A stretch of 42,748 nucleotides of DNA from a virus, in the UHGV virus genome UHGV-1372698; one strand, written 5' to 3'. Shown here piece by piece: positions 1 to 7,690 of this stretch. Made by a program: the position numbers and the translations under genes. Positions within the stretch are counted from its first letter, which is position 1. Every line of letters starts with the position of its first letter. The notes beneath the pieces are model-generated. The model was given only the letters and a program-made list of their open reading frames with translations, searched no databases and was not told where the DNA came from.

Positions 1-112
1 TGATTTAGGGTGGTGTCTTTGTGGCAGGGTTGTGTCATTGTGGAATGGCGGTGTTTGTGGTGTGTGTTCGCCTCAATTCTCTTTCTTTCTTTCTCTTTGT
101 TGTGGTGTTCGG

Positions 113-146
113 GGTAGTGCGCGCGCAGCTCTGCGAGCACGCACGT
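113..146 (+). repeat. 34-bp direct repeat copy 1 (GTAGTGCGCGCGCAGCTCTGCGAGCACGCACGT), part of a ~100-bp CT-rich repeat unit
   Basis: Identical to 774-807. The two copies flank the HNH gene. Confidence 0.8.
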
Positions 147-259
147 TGTCCCCGAACACCATTGTGTTCCCCTTGTGTGTCTTGTCTTGTTCTTTGTTCT
201 CTTCTTCTCTTCTTTTTCACCATCCGCTTTTCTTTTGTTGTGGAATGGCGGTGTGTGTT

Positions 260-604
260 TTACCATGTGTTGGTGTGTTGTGTTGGCATGACGGCGATGG
301 GTAGTCTGTCTCTTTCGTCCTCGTTTTTTTGGTAGTGGCGTGTCCTGCCTTTGCCGTGTCTGCCGTTGCCTCGTCTGCTGTTGCATTTGGCGCAGAGGAC
401 TCGTCCGTTGTCCGGGTGATTGGATCCGCCTAGTGATGCTGGGATTATGTGGTCTGCTTCAGCGGAGTTGGGTTTGCGTTGTCCGTTGTTATTGTATTGG
501 AGTTTTACTCCGCATGCTGGGCAGTGTGTGATGCCCATTTGTTGTGCTCTGGCTAGTACTTGTTTTCTGAATTGTCTGTGTTCGCGCGTGCTTGTTCTGC
601 TCAC
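260..604 (-). CDS. HNH endonuclease (phage packaging-associated HNH)
   Basis: 114-aa ORF with classic HNH signature: CPACG...ADHIIPASLGG..N..LCAKCN. GTG start at 604 preceded by AGGAGG with 6-nt spacing. Sits across the non-coding region from the terminase genes, as in cos-type phages. Confidence 0.8.
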   Translation of the reverse strand: MSRTSTREHRQFRKQVLARAQQMGITHCPACGVKLQYNNNGQRKPNSAEADHIIPASLGGSNHPDNGRVLCAKCNSRRGNGRHGKGRTRHYQKNEDERDRLPIAVMPTQHTNTW

Positions 605-773
605 TGCTGTCCTCCTGTTGTTCTCTTCTCTTTCTTGTTGGTGTTAGGTGGTGGCGCGTCGCAGCGTCAGCGAGACGAGCGCCTCCACCGTCTAACATTA
701 CTCTCTGCTTCTTTTCTTCTTTTCGCGTCTTTCCTTTTCTTTTCGTTTCTTTTGTTTTGGAATGGCGGTGGCG

Positions 774-807
774 TGTAGTGCGCGCGCAGCTCTGCGAGCA
801 CGCACGT
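774..807 (+). repeat. 34-bp direct repeat copy 2
   Basis: Identical to 113-146. Preceded by a CT-rich tract and a GGAATGGCGGTG motif, as copy 1 is in degenerate form. Confidence 0.8.
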
Positions 808-1508
808 AACACGCCGCCGCCTTGTGTTCTGGGTTTGTTTTCGTTTTGTTATTGGTTGTGCATGTTGCGTGTATGCCGTCACATGTAATGCTTGTTGCAT
901 ACCACCACGACGGTATTGTTGCACCCACCACACACCGTTCGTCATTAACGGTCACCATGTTCACCATTGAACACTAATTACGTTATAACACATGTTCCCT
1001 AATTAGACACCGTCTAGCTGTGTTAGACAGTGTCTAATTCTAGTACTCTTTTAAGAGTATAGGTTGGGCCCAACACAGTGGCGAGCTCTTCGAAAACACC
1101 CGCGGCGTAACGCTCGCCTGCGTCGCTAGGGCTCCTCGGCGGCTACGCCGCGATCGTCTTCGACGATTCGTCTACTCGAGTGTAGCATACGAGGTCAAAC
1201 GCGGCAACCGAACCCATGCCGGCACACAAACTGCGACACAGACTATTCGTTGCAATACCAACAAAAACACTCTGGCACAGACTCTTGTTGTAAGGCGAAA
1301 AGTGTGACGACACGCACCAACATTGTAGTAACACAAAGGGGTGTTTTATCCCTAGAACGCTAGTTGCTAGCAAACAACCCACATGCGTAAAAAAAGTAAA
1401 CGGGGAGTGAACAAGGTGAACGAAAGGTTAACGGAAACTGTGAGAGGCCGTGCTGCGATGACGACACCGCACCCCCATCGCGCACCGCCTTTCCACAGTA
1501 GACACACC

Positions 1509-1557
1509 ACGACGGCGAGGCCCTACCTTCGACAAGGAGGGGGGCCTCGCCGTCGTC
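1509..1557 (-). terminator. hairpin (15-bp perfect stem ACGACGGCGAGGCCC / GGGCCTCGCCGTCGT, 19-nt loop) overlapping the stop of the minus operon
   Basis: Perfect inverted repeat read directly from the sequence. Confidence 0.5.
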
Positions 1558-1915
1558 AGACCAGTCGGGTCAGTGGGGCCGGGTGAAGCGGTGCAGCAGA
1601 GCGCGCGAGGCGACGTCCGCCCCCCTCATCGTCGACGGGGACGACGGCGACCTCGAGGATGGCGTTGGCAAGGTAGGCGCCCATAGCAAGGCGGGTGAGA
1701 CGAGGCCAAATGCGCGTGTCATCCATCGCGTACTCGTAGGAGTCGTCCCATCCGTCGGGGACGTCCGGCGGCTCGATGGAGCTGACGCCGCAGTCGTCGG
1801 CCACCTTGTGGAGGCTCCAGGGGTTGCCAGTGCGAGGCGCGCGGATACGGTAGACGGCGCCGAACTCGGCATTCTCGAGGGCGGCGTCCTCAGTGCGGCA
1901 GATGGCGGTGCTCAT
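1556..1915 (-). CDS. hypothetical protein; C-terminus looks frameshifted at a G6 tract (alternative stop at 1570)
   Basis: ATG at 1915 follows GGAAGGAAGGAG RBS. After the homopolymer at 1620-1625 the frame turns R/P/L-rich, while the adjacent frame (ORF 1570..1872) ends with the protein-like ...GADVASRALLHRFTRPH. Confidence 0.4.
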   Translation of the reverse strand: MSTAICRTEDAALENAEFGAVYRIRAPRTGNPWSLHKVADDCGVSSIEPPDVPDGWDDSYEYAMDDTRIWPRLTRLAMGAYLANAILEVAVVPVDDEGGGRRLARSAAPLHPAPLTRLV

Positions 1916-2267
1916 TTTCTCCTTCCTTCCCGGTCGGTTGGTCTGTCGCATTGTGAGGGTGGGGCGGATGGTTCAGTCGGCCAGCTCGGCCTTGACACGG
2001 TCGATCGGCCGCCGCAGTGCGACGTCGATCCGGCTCGCCGCCCCCCTCCCCCTCGAAGTTCCTGATGTCGTTCGTGGACTCGGTGACGATGTCGCGTGCC
2101 AATTGGAGAACCTCTGGAATATCCAGATCAATGGTGAAGAAGTTCACTAGCGCGTGCGCGTACTGGTGTGCGACCTCCTCGTTGTCTTCGACATAGCGGA
2201 GCATGAGGGCTGCCCTGGTTTCGACTTCGAGGTCGGGTGAGATGTGCGGAGTAGATGAGGTATCCAT
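1890..2267 (-). CDS. hypothetical acidic protein; C-terminus looks frameshifted at a C6-T-C5 tract (2041-2052)
   Basis: ORF divergent from the early promoter region. After the NFEGEGGG homopolymer the frame becomes R/P/H-rich, while the neighbouring frame encodes the protein-like ...SRIDVALRRPIDRVKAELAD* ending near 1977. Confidence 0.4.
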   Translation of the reverse strand: MDTSSTPHISPDLEVETRAALMLRYVEDNEEVAHQYAHALVNFFTIDLDIPEVLQLARDIVTESTNDIRNFEGEGGGEPDRRRTAAADRPCQGRAGRLNHPPHPHNATDQPTGKEGENEHRHLPH

Positions 2268-2352
2268 GCCCGCAGGATGACGCGGATGGGGCGGCAGTGC
2301 GAGCCCACAGAGCTCCCAGAGTCACTGAGACGCGGCTCACACGCGTTGGGGG

Positions 2353-2383
2353 TTGACAGCACCTCTCACCGCCCTTCTACAGT
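2353..2383 (+). promoter_or_regulatory. predicted early promoter: TTGACA (2353-2358), 19-nt spacer, TACAGT (2378-2383)
   Basis: Good -35 and a TANNNT-type -10 in the divergent intergenic region. Overlaps 30-bp repeat B. Confidence 0.5.
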
Positions 2384-2439
2384 AGACACGCCACGCCGAC
2401 TAAGGCGGCGTGCATGAAGAAAGAGAGGATGGGATACGA

Positions 2440-2877
2440 ATGGGCAACACGCTGGATGAAGGAATGCTCGTCCGACGCATGGACGTGCACAGGACTAACG
2501 AACTGCTGAACGGTCAAGGCTCGCACATTGCAATTCTGATCGAACACATGGACGGCACGGACTATGAGGTGAGCGTCAACGACAGAAGAAAGACGCCCGA
2601 ACATTTGACGACACTACTCTCCACTGTCACGCGTGGCGCTGACATGATGATCCGCGCCCTCGACATTCTCCGTGCTATCGGATACGTGGACGTGCGCCCC
2701 GTCGCGCTATTGGGCAGGGAAATCGTTTTTGGCCTGGAGCGCGTCACGCTTGAGGTCGAAATTATTGAGCACAGTGATGGCAAGGTCGACTGTGGTATCA
2801 GTGTTGCCGGCGTGGACCAGGGGAATGTTGAGGAGATTGGGGGTGTGTTAGAAGAGAAAGGCATTGACGTCATATGA
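2440..2877 (+). CDS. hypothetical protein (first early gene)
   Basis: In-frame ATG 10 nt downstream of the purine leader motif AAGAAAGAGAGGA. Lies downstream of the predicted early promoter. ORF continues to 2877. Confidence 0.55.
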   Translation: MGNTLDEGMLVRRMDVHRTNELLNGQGSHIAILIEHMDGTDYEVSVNDRRKTPEHLTTLLSTVTRGADMMIRALDILRAIGYVDVRPVALLGREIVFGLERVTLEVEIIEHSDGKVDCGISVAGVDQGNVEEIGGVLEEKGIDVI

Positions 2878-2935
2878 GATGGTGTGATGGGGTCTGGCAA
2901 TCCACCTAACGTGAAGAGTCGGGCGGCCGCACGTG

Positions 2936-2978
2936 GCCCATCACTCATCTGCTTTTCGTAGTGTTATGAGTGATGGGC
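2936..2978 (+). terminator. hairpin (13-bp perfect stem GCCCATCACTCAT / ATGAGTGATGGGC, 17-nt loop)
   Basis: Downstream of the 2440..2877 gene. No U-tract. Confidence 0.45.
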
Positions 2979-3150
2979 TGATGTGTCGGGAACCAACGCC
3001 ACCGATTGTGGTGGATGTCTCACCCCGGGGGTGTGGACAGGTGAGCGTCGGTGGCCCTAGAGTTAAGGCCATCGGGAGCAAGACAGCGGCCCGACGGGGC
3101 AGACGCCCCCGCAACACGACCAAGACCATCACAGAGAAAGAGAGAACACC

Positions 3151-3333
3151 ATGACCATGAGGCACGCGGCACCGAGACGCACTAATGTTGCGACCCGCCG
3201 CCCTTCGAAGCGGAGCGGCGAAATCATTCTCGCCGCCATCATCTACCTGACAGTGTCATGTTTCGCTGTGATCGGGACGCTTGGTGTCGTAGCGGCTATT
3301 TGGGTCCTGTGGGGGGCGCTCGGGGTACGGTAA
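3151..3333 (+). CDS. small membrane protein (one TM)
   Basis: ATG preceded by ACAGAGAAAGAGAGAAC leader motif. Hydrophobic C-terminal half (ILAAIIYLTVSCFAVIGTLGVVAAIWVLWGAL). Confidence 0.5.
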   Translation: MTMRHAAPRRTNVATRRPSKRSGEIILAAIIYLTVSCFAVIGTLGVVAAIWVLWGALGVR

Positions 3334-3381
3334 CCCGTAATTCTGATAGCACAAACACGAAGGAAGAGAAGAGGACGCACC

Positions 3382-3702
3382 GTGTTTTATGGCGCGCATT
3401 TCACCATTGACGTCACGAATTGGTCTCGGGGTATTTGGTTGGACGGCACCGTCCAGGTAATGGATGGGGAGGATATTCTTCTGTCCGATCGTCTCGTACC
3501 CGCCTATCTTCAGGAATTCCCGGACAACCGTCATTCCGTCAGTGAGGGATTGGCTTCCATGGTGGGCGTAGCGAAGATTTACGATCGCATTCTTACTCTG
3601 GCTGATGAGCATGGTCTCCATATTGACGAGGATGACCATTCGACTCTGATGGTGTCGTCTGGCGGGGCGAAGATTGGCAGCATGATGGTAGCTATGAGGT
3701 GA
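3382..3702 (+). CDS. hypothetical protein
   Basis: GTG start 6 nt after AGGAAGAGAAGAGGA. 106-aa ORF. Confidence 0.55.
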   Translation: MFYGAHFTIDVTNWSRGIWLDGTVQVMDGEDILLSDRLVPAYLQEFPDNRHSVSEGLASMVGVAKIYDRILTLADEHGLHIDEDDHSTLMVSSGGAKIGSMMVAMR

Positions 3703-3774
3703 AGCGGTGCCGAGCTGGACGTTGACCCGTTCTCGGGGGAGGATGTTTCGAGGGAGCCCATTTGGGACCACTTT

Positions 3775-4296
3775 GTGGGTGACGTCACCCATGATCCCGT
3801 TGTTTTGCATTCCCGCACTCCCGTTGAGGGTGTCGGCCTTCACGAGCCGGCGAGGCCGTTTACGCATTCCTTGCGGTTCCACGTTCACACGGAACCATTG
3901 GGTGAAATGGTGTTCGTTTCCGGTGAGGTCGCGTTGACCGAGGACAGTATTGAGACTCTCCAGTGGGGAACCAATATTGGTGTGATCCATGGTGGGAACC
4001 TTGCGGGTAGGGTGCAGGAAATGTTCGATCGTCTTGTTGTGGGCGCTTCGGTCATGGATGGTCTCGCTTCGGTGGCGGCCGCTTGTGGTATTACTCTTGC
4101 AATGGTGGAGGATTCTTTGATAGTCGCCTATTTCAATGGTGAGATTGTTGGGCAGATTGTTGGGGGCGCGAGCAGGAATGGTGTCGAGCTTGTCCCTAGT
4201 AGGCTGGGGTCTTCTGGCGAGTCGGACGCTGCGGATAGAGTGTGGGATGAGTTCTGTGCTCGAATCCGGGAGATTCCTGACAGTAAGATCGCCTGA
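3775..4296 (+). CDS. hypothetical protein (start uncertain)
   Basis: 173-aa ORF with GTG start and no clear SD. A 14-bp palindrome GGGTGACGTCACCC overlaps the start codon. A long antisense ORF covers this region but lacks leader motifs. Confidence 0.4.
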   Translation: MGDVTHDPVVLHSRTPVEGVGLHEPARPFTHSLRFHVHTEPLGEMVFVSGEVALTEDSIETLQWGTNIGVIHGGNLAGRVQEMFDRLVVGASVMDGLASVAAACGITLAMVEDSLIVAYFNGEIVGQIVGGASRNGVELVPSRLGSSGESDAADRVWDEFCARIREIPDSKIA

Positions 4297-4339
4297 TCTC
4301 ACCGCAATTCTGAGAAAGAGAGAAGGAGGAGAGGAAATT

Positions 4340-4831
4340 ATGTTGTGGTTTGAATATGATGGCCCCAACGATGAAGGGGTGACTGAGCGTGATACTGAGG
4401 TGGGGTTTATTCGGGAGAGTATGCCGTCTGCCACTTCCTATTATTACGATGATGCCGGTTTTACTGTCATTATCTGGGATACTAAGGCTGGCGTTATTGA
4501 AACGTACGTGTTTGATAATGGGAGGCCGACTGTGTGGTATTTCAGTCCGAAGAAAACAACGGCGGATGCATGGTGGAGGAGGATTTTCACCAAGGGTGAG
4601 AATACGGGCGTTGCGGCCAGGTGGGTTCGCAAGCATTTCAAGCGGCTTGAGATGAAAGAAGAGAATGCTCGTTGGGTGAATGATTTCATTCTTTGTCTGG
4701 AAGAAATGCGGGACAGCGGGAAAGGTTCGCCGACGTGGGAGTGTGCCCGGTCTGATGCCAGGGATAGGTTGGTTGATCTGTGTGATCTAGCTGGCGTGCC
4801 CGTGGAGGAGGTGATCGGCTCCGACATTTAA
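4340..4831 (+). CDS. hypothetical protein
   Basis: ATG at 4340 preceded by GAGAAAGAGAGAAGGAGGAGAGG. In frame with ORF 4136..4831. Confidence 0.55.
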   Translation: MLWFEYDGPNDEGVTERDTEVGFIRESMPSATSYYYDDAGFTVIIWDTKAGVIETYVFDNGRPTVWYFSPKKTTADAWWRRIFTKGENTGVAARWVRKHFKRLEMKEENARWVNDFILCLEEMRDSGKGSPTWECARSDARDRLVDLCDLAGVPVEEVIGSDI

Positions 4832-4896
4832 CCCCACGCCATTCAACACTAAACGGTCGCGTTCATCGCAATATTCAGGAAGAGAGAAACATTATT

Positions 4897-5178
4897 ATGG
4901 GTACAGTTTTCGGAGCGGTTGTCACTCAGGCGGTTCGTGAGTGGAATAACGACGGGCGCCGCCACGAGTTCAATGTGCATGCGCCCGCTCGCAAGATTTA
5001 CGATGGCGGCATCATCACTATCGGCAGCACCTGCCGTATCGTGGTCGCTGGCAACACGGTGAGGGCCAGGTCCATTAAGCGAAAGGGCGCCGCTATTCCT
5101 GTTGAGAGTGTTGGTGAGTTTGTTCGTCGCGCTTTGATTGTCGCGGCGAACCGCAGTAAGGCGGCTGGCATTGAGTGA
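4897..5178 (+). CDS. hypothetical protein
   Basis: ATG 8 nt after GGAAGAGAGAAAC. 93-aa ORF. Confidence 0.55.
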   Translation: MGTVFGAVVTQAVREWNNDGRRHEFNVHAPARKIYDGGIITIGSTCRIVVAGNTVRARSIKRKGAAIPVESVGEFVRRALIVAANRSKAAGIE

Positions 5179-5506
5179 CGTTACTGTCGATAGGGCGGTG
5201 TTCGCTTTCCTTGCTAGTTGTGTTGGCGATTTCGCCAAGTGGCCTCAGTGTTCGATCACCGCTTTGCATGGCAATAATGAGGGTGGCCGTCTTTTTGGAG
5301 TTCTTTTCAAGGCGACGGCCAAGAACCCTGACGATAGGACAGTCTTCAGGATTATTATCACGAAAGACGAGAGCTGGCGGGTTCGCGTCGTTCAGCTGTC
5401 GAATCATGTCATTTTGGATGAGCGTGACGCTGACCGGGGCACTATCGTTAGTGCCGTGAATCGTTTCGCGGAGCTGGCTGACATGAGGGAAGGCGAGGAG
5501 TCGTGA
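5171..5506 (+). CDS. hypothetical protein
   Basis: TTG start overlapping the upstream stop (ATTGAGTGA), in frame with ORF 5138..5506. Translational coupling likely. Confidence 0.4.
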   Translation: MSDVTVDRAVFAFLASCVGDFAKWPQCSITALHGNNEGGRLFGVLFKATAKNPDDRTVFRIIITKDESWRVRVVQLSNHVILDERDADRGTIVSAVNRFAELADMREGEES

Positions 5507-5814
5507 TTGACGACGAGCTGCGCCCCATCGTGACCGAATTCGTGGCGGAGATGCTCAATGATCCGTGCTGCGAATCCATTTTGTTGGACGTTAGAGAGGA
5601 TGCCAGGGTAGACAGTGATCTGCCCGCCCTCTACTTGGACGTAGCCGGGAAACGGTACGGGTACGCTCTCAACATTGTGGGAGGCGAGTATTCGGCGAGC
5701 ATTCGAGATCGCGACACGAATAAAACAATAACAACGGTAGAGAGAGGAAAAGGGGCATGGGAGCTTCAAGAGCTGCTCAACGAAATCAAGACAAAACTGT
5801 GGGAGGACAAATGA
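5503..5814 (+). CDS. hypothetical protein
   Basis: GTGA start/stop overlap with the upstream gene. 103-aa ORF. Confidence 0.5.
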   Translation: MIDDELRPIVTEFVAEMLNDPCCESILLDVREDARVDSDLPALYLDVAGKRYGYALNIVGGEYSASIRDRDTNKTITTVERGKGAWELQELLNEIKTKLWEDK

Positions 5815-6122
5815 TCAAGCTATTCGATTGGGAATTTCTGAAGCGTGTCACTGAGGCGTGCAAGAATTACGCCAGCAAGGGCGGGAATGATTCGCTCGGC
5901 CTGGAAGTAAGCGCCTGGAACAACAGCATTCACATTGTCGTCGCATCGGTTGGGCACCGGTTTATTTTCGAGGCGGATACTGTGCGCGGCTACAAGGCGG
6001 CGATCTTCGAGCAGACGAACCGGTATTGGGGCCCTATGTTCGACGTCGGCTACACTTTCGACGGCGACGCAATTCTTGAAACTTTCAATAGTTTTCTTGC
6101 CTATGCGGAGGAGGACAATTGA
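5811..6122 (+). CDS. hypothetical protein
   Basis: ATGA overlap with the upstream stop and GGGAGGA just upstream. An alternative ATG at 5757 follows AGAGAGAGG but would overlap the preceding gene by 58 nt. Confidence 0.45.
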   Translation: MIKLFDWEFLKRVTEACKNYASKGGNDSLGLEVSAWNNSIHIVVASVGHRFIFEADTVRGYKAAIFEQTNRYWGPMFDVGYTFDGDAILETFNSFLAYAEEDN

Positions 6123-7690
6123 GTGTCGAGAGGGTTGCGGATTACGAGTTCGCGTCCCTGTCGGGGAAAGTGCACTGTGATTGGTTCGTTGATAGGGTTG
6201 TTGACTATTTGCAGTCCAGGTCGCCGGAGACGCCGTCTCGTTTCTTGTGGACGACTTTCTTGACGATGGTGTCTGCCCCGTTGTCTGCGAGGACTCATTT
6301 GTCTGCGAGCGCGCAGAGTATGGTGCCGTTGACTTTGTACTCGCACTGCCTGGGTGCGTCTACTTTGTCGAGGAAGACCACGGCGCAGTCTTTGGTGCGT
6401 AGTTTTTTCGAGGATTGCGTGGGCGCGTTCAGATGGGATTCGTCTGGGCCTTTGGCGGCCGTGCAGGAGGTGGATTCGGCACTCCGCATGCTGTTCCGTC
6501 GTCTGGAGTCCCTGGAAAGGAAGGGCAGGCGTATTGATATTGAGGAGTATCGGACGGAGCGGGACGATATCAATAATCGCATCGCCGAGCTCGAGGCTGA
6601 TCGTAAGGATTTGCTGAATACTATCGGTAATAGTCCGTGTGAGCGGTCTCTTATGGCGAATGTTTTGTTCGGGTCTAATGTTACGGCTGAAGGCCTGAAT
6701 TTGCGGATGGCGCAGAGGCCTGGCGGGGCGTCTATTATGTTCGTAGACGAACTGCAGAACATGTATTCCGCGTCACAGGGGGAGGGTTATCGTAGTGGGC
6801 TCATCGGATTCCTGACCGACGTCTACTCGGGGAAAACGGTCGAGTCTGTGCGTGTCGGTGACGATGGCGTCAGACGGGCGGACAGCGGGAGAGTTCCTCA
6901 TTCTCTTGCTTTCTGCGGCACCGGAATCCTCGGCGACGTAGTCGACAATATGCCACAGTCTCTGTTTGAGACAGGGTGGGGGCCGCGCATTCTTTTCGCC
7001 TTGGATGAGGAGGACCGTCGGTCTGACCCGTCGTCTTTCGGATGGGTCACCAACAATGACCTGAACATGCATGGTGGTGATGGTTTTGTTGAGCATGTTT
7101 CCGAGTATATTTCAACAATGCTGGGTATGATGCAGTATGAATTCCGTGGCACTGTCACTTGCGCCACCGAGTTTTGGCCTGTCAGCACACCAATGGCCAT
7201 GACTGTGACTGAGTCGGCCCGGAATGTTTGGGTAGAAACAATGCGCGCCTGGTCTAAGGAAGCGGCCCGAGAATCGCCTTTCCAAAGAGCAGTACAAGCG
7301 GTCATTGATCGCATGGGGAATCATATTATGCGCGTGGCCGCTATTCTGTCTCTTTTCGAGCAGCAGATGAGCGTGTCCTCGTCCGCGGTTCGGAAAGCTT
7401 TCAGTCTGGCCTCCGATTTCTGGCTGCCTGACGCGTTGAAAATGATCGACTATGTTTTCGTTCCAGATTTGACGCGTATGGTGGATGATTTCAGTAGTAA
7501 TCCGCCGACCGAGACGCGCCTTTATCAAGTGCTGGAAGCGAAGAATTTGTCCCCTCGGAGCGTGGAGGAGTATCGTCAGTATATTCTTCGCCGGGGCGTG
7601 AAATTCCGTACGGAAGGGGCGATTGTGGACAGTGATCTCGTGGGGGCGATTCTGCGGGATCAGATAGCAGAACCGTCGTACAGTGAGTGA
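6119..7690 (+). CDS. large replication-associated protein, DUF3987-like (D5/primase-C-terminal-like) by motif resemblance
   Basis: 523-aa ORF. The segment IMFVDELQNMYSASQGEGYRSGLIGFLTDVYSGKT resembles the DUF3987 core. No canonical Walker A seen. Sits in the replication module. Confidence 0.4.
   Translation: MSVERVADYEFASLSGKVHCDWFVDRVVDYLQSRSPETPSRFLWTTFLTMVSAPLSARTHLSASAQSMVPLTLYSHCLGASTLSRKTTAQSLVRSFFEDCVGAFRWDSSGPLAAVQEVDSALRMLFRRLESLERKGRRIDIEEYRTERDDINNRIAELEADRKDLLNTIGNSPCERSLMANVLFGSNVTAEGLNLRMAQRPGGASIMFVDELQNMYSASQGEGYRSGLIGFLTDVYSGKTVESVRVGDDGVRRADSGRVPHSLAFCGTGILGDVVDNMPQSLFETGWGPRILFALDEEDRRSDPSSFGWVTNNDLNMHGGDGFVEHVSEYISTMLGMMQYEFRGTVTCATEFWPVSTPMAMTVTESARNVWVETMRAWSKEAARESPFQRAVQAVIDRMGNHIMRVAAILSLFEQQMSVSSSAVRKAFSLASDFWLPDALKMIDYVFVPDLTRMVDDFSSNPPTETRLYQVLEAKNLSPRSVEEYRQYILRRGVKFRTEGAIVDSDLVGAILRDQIAEPSYSE

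Larger units (their letters stand above)
1..950 (+). other. GT-skewed, largely non-coding region with dispersed GTGGAATGGCGGTG motifs (40-53, 240-253, 758-770); continuous with 41440-42748 if the genome is circular or permuted
   Basis: Plus strand is about three-quarters G+T. Apart from HNH, ORFs here are low-complexity. Confidence 0.6.

Noticed and set aside
2933-3154. 73-aa ORF 2933..3154
   Set aside because: Its 5' end is the right arm of the 2936-2978 hairpin and the 3' end overlaps the RBS of the next gene. Arg/Pro-rich composition. The region is more likely a 270-bp regulatory spacer.
3256-4434. 392-aa minus-strand ORF spanning several plus-strand early genes
   Set aside because: Low-complexity R/S/P/N-rich translation with no leader motif and no start context. 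It is antisense to ORFs that carry consistent AGAGAGAA leaders. Long antisense ORFs of this kind are typical of high-GC DNA.
5757-5810. ATG at 5757 (with AGAGAGAGG leader) as start of gene 5811..6122
   Set aside because: It would overlap the preceding gene by 58 nt, and its N-terminal translation is low-complexity while the overlapped frame looks genuinely protein-like. Kept as an alternative start only.
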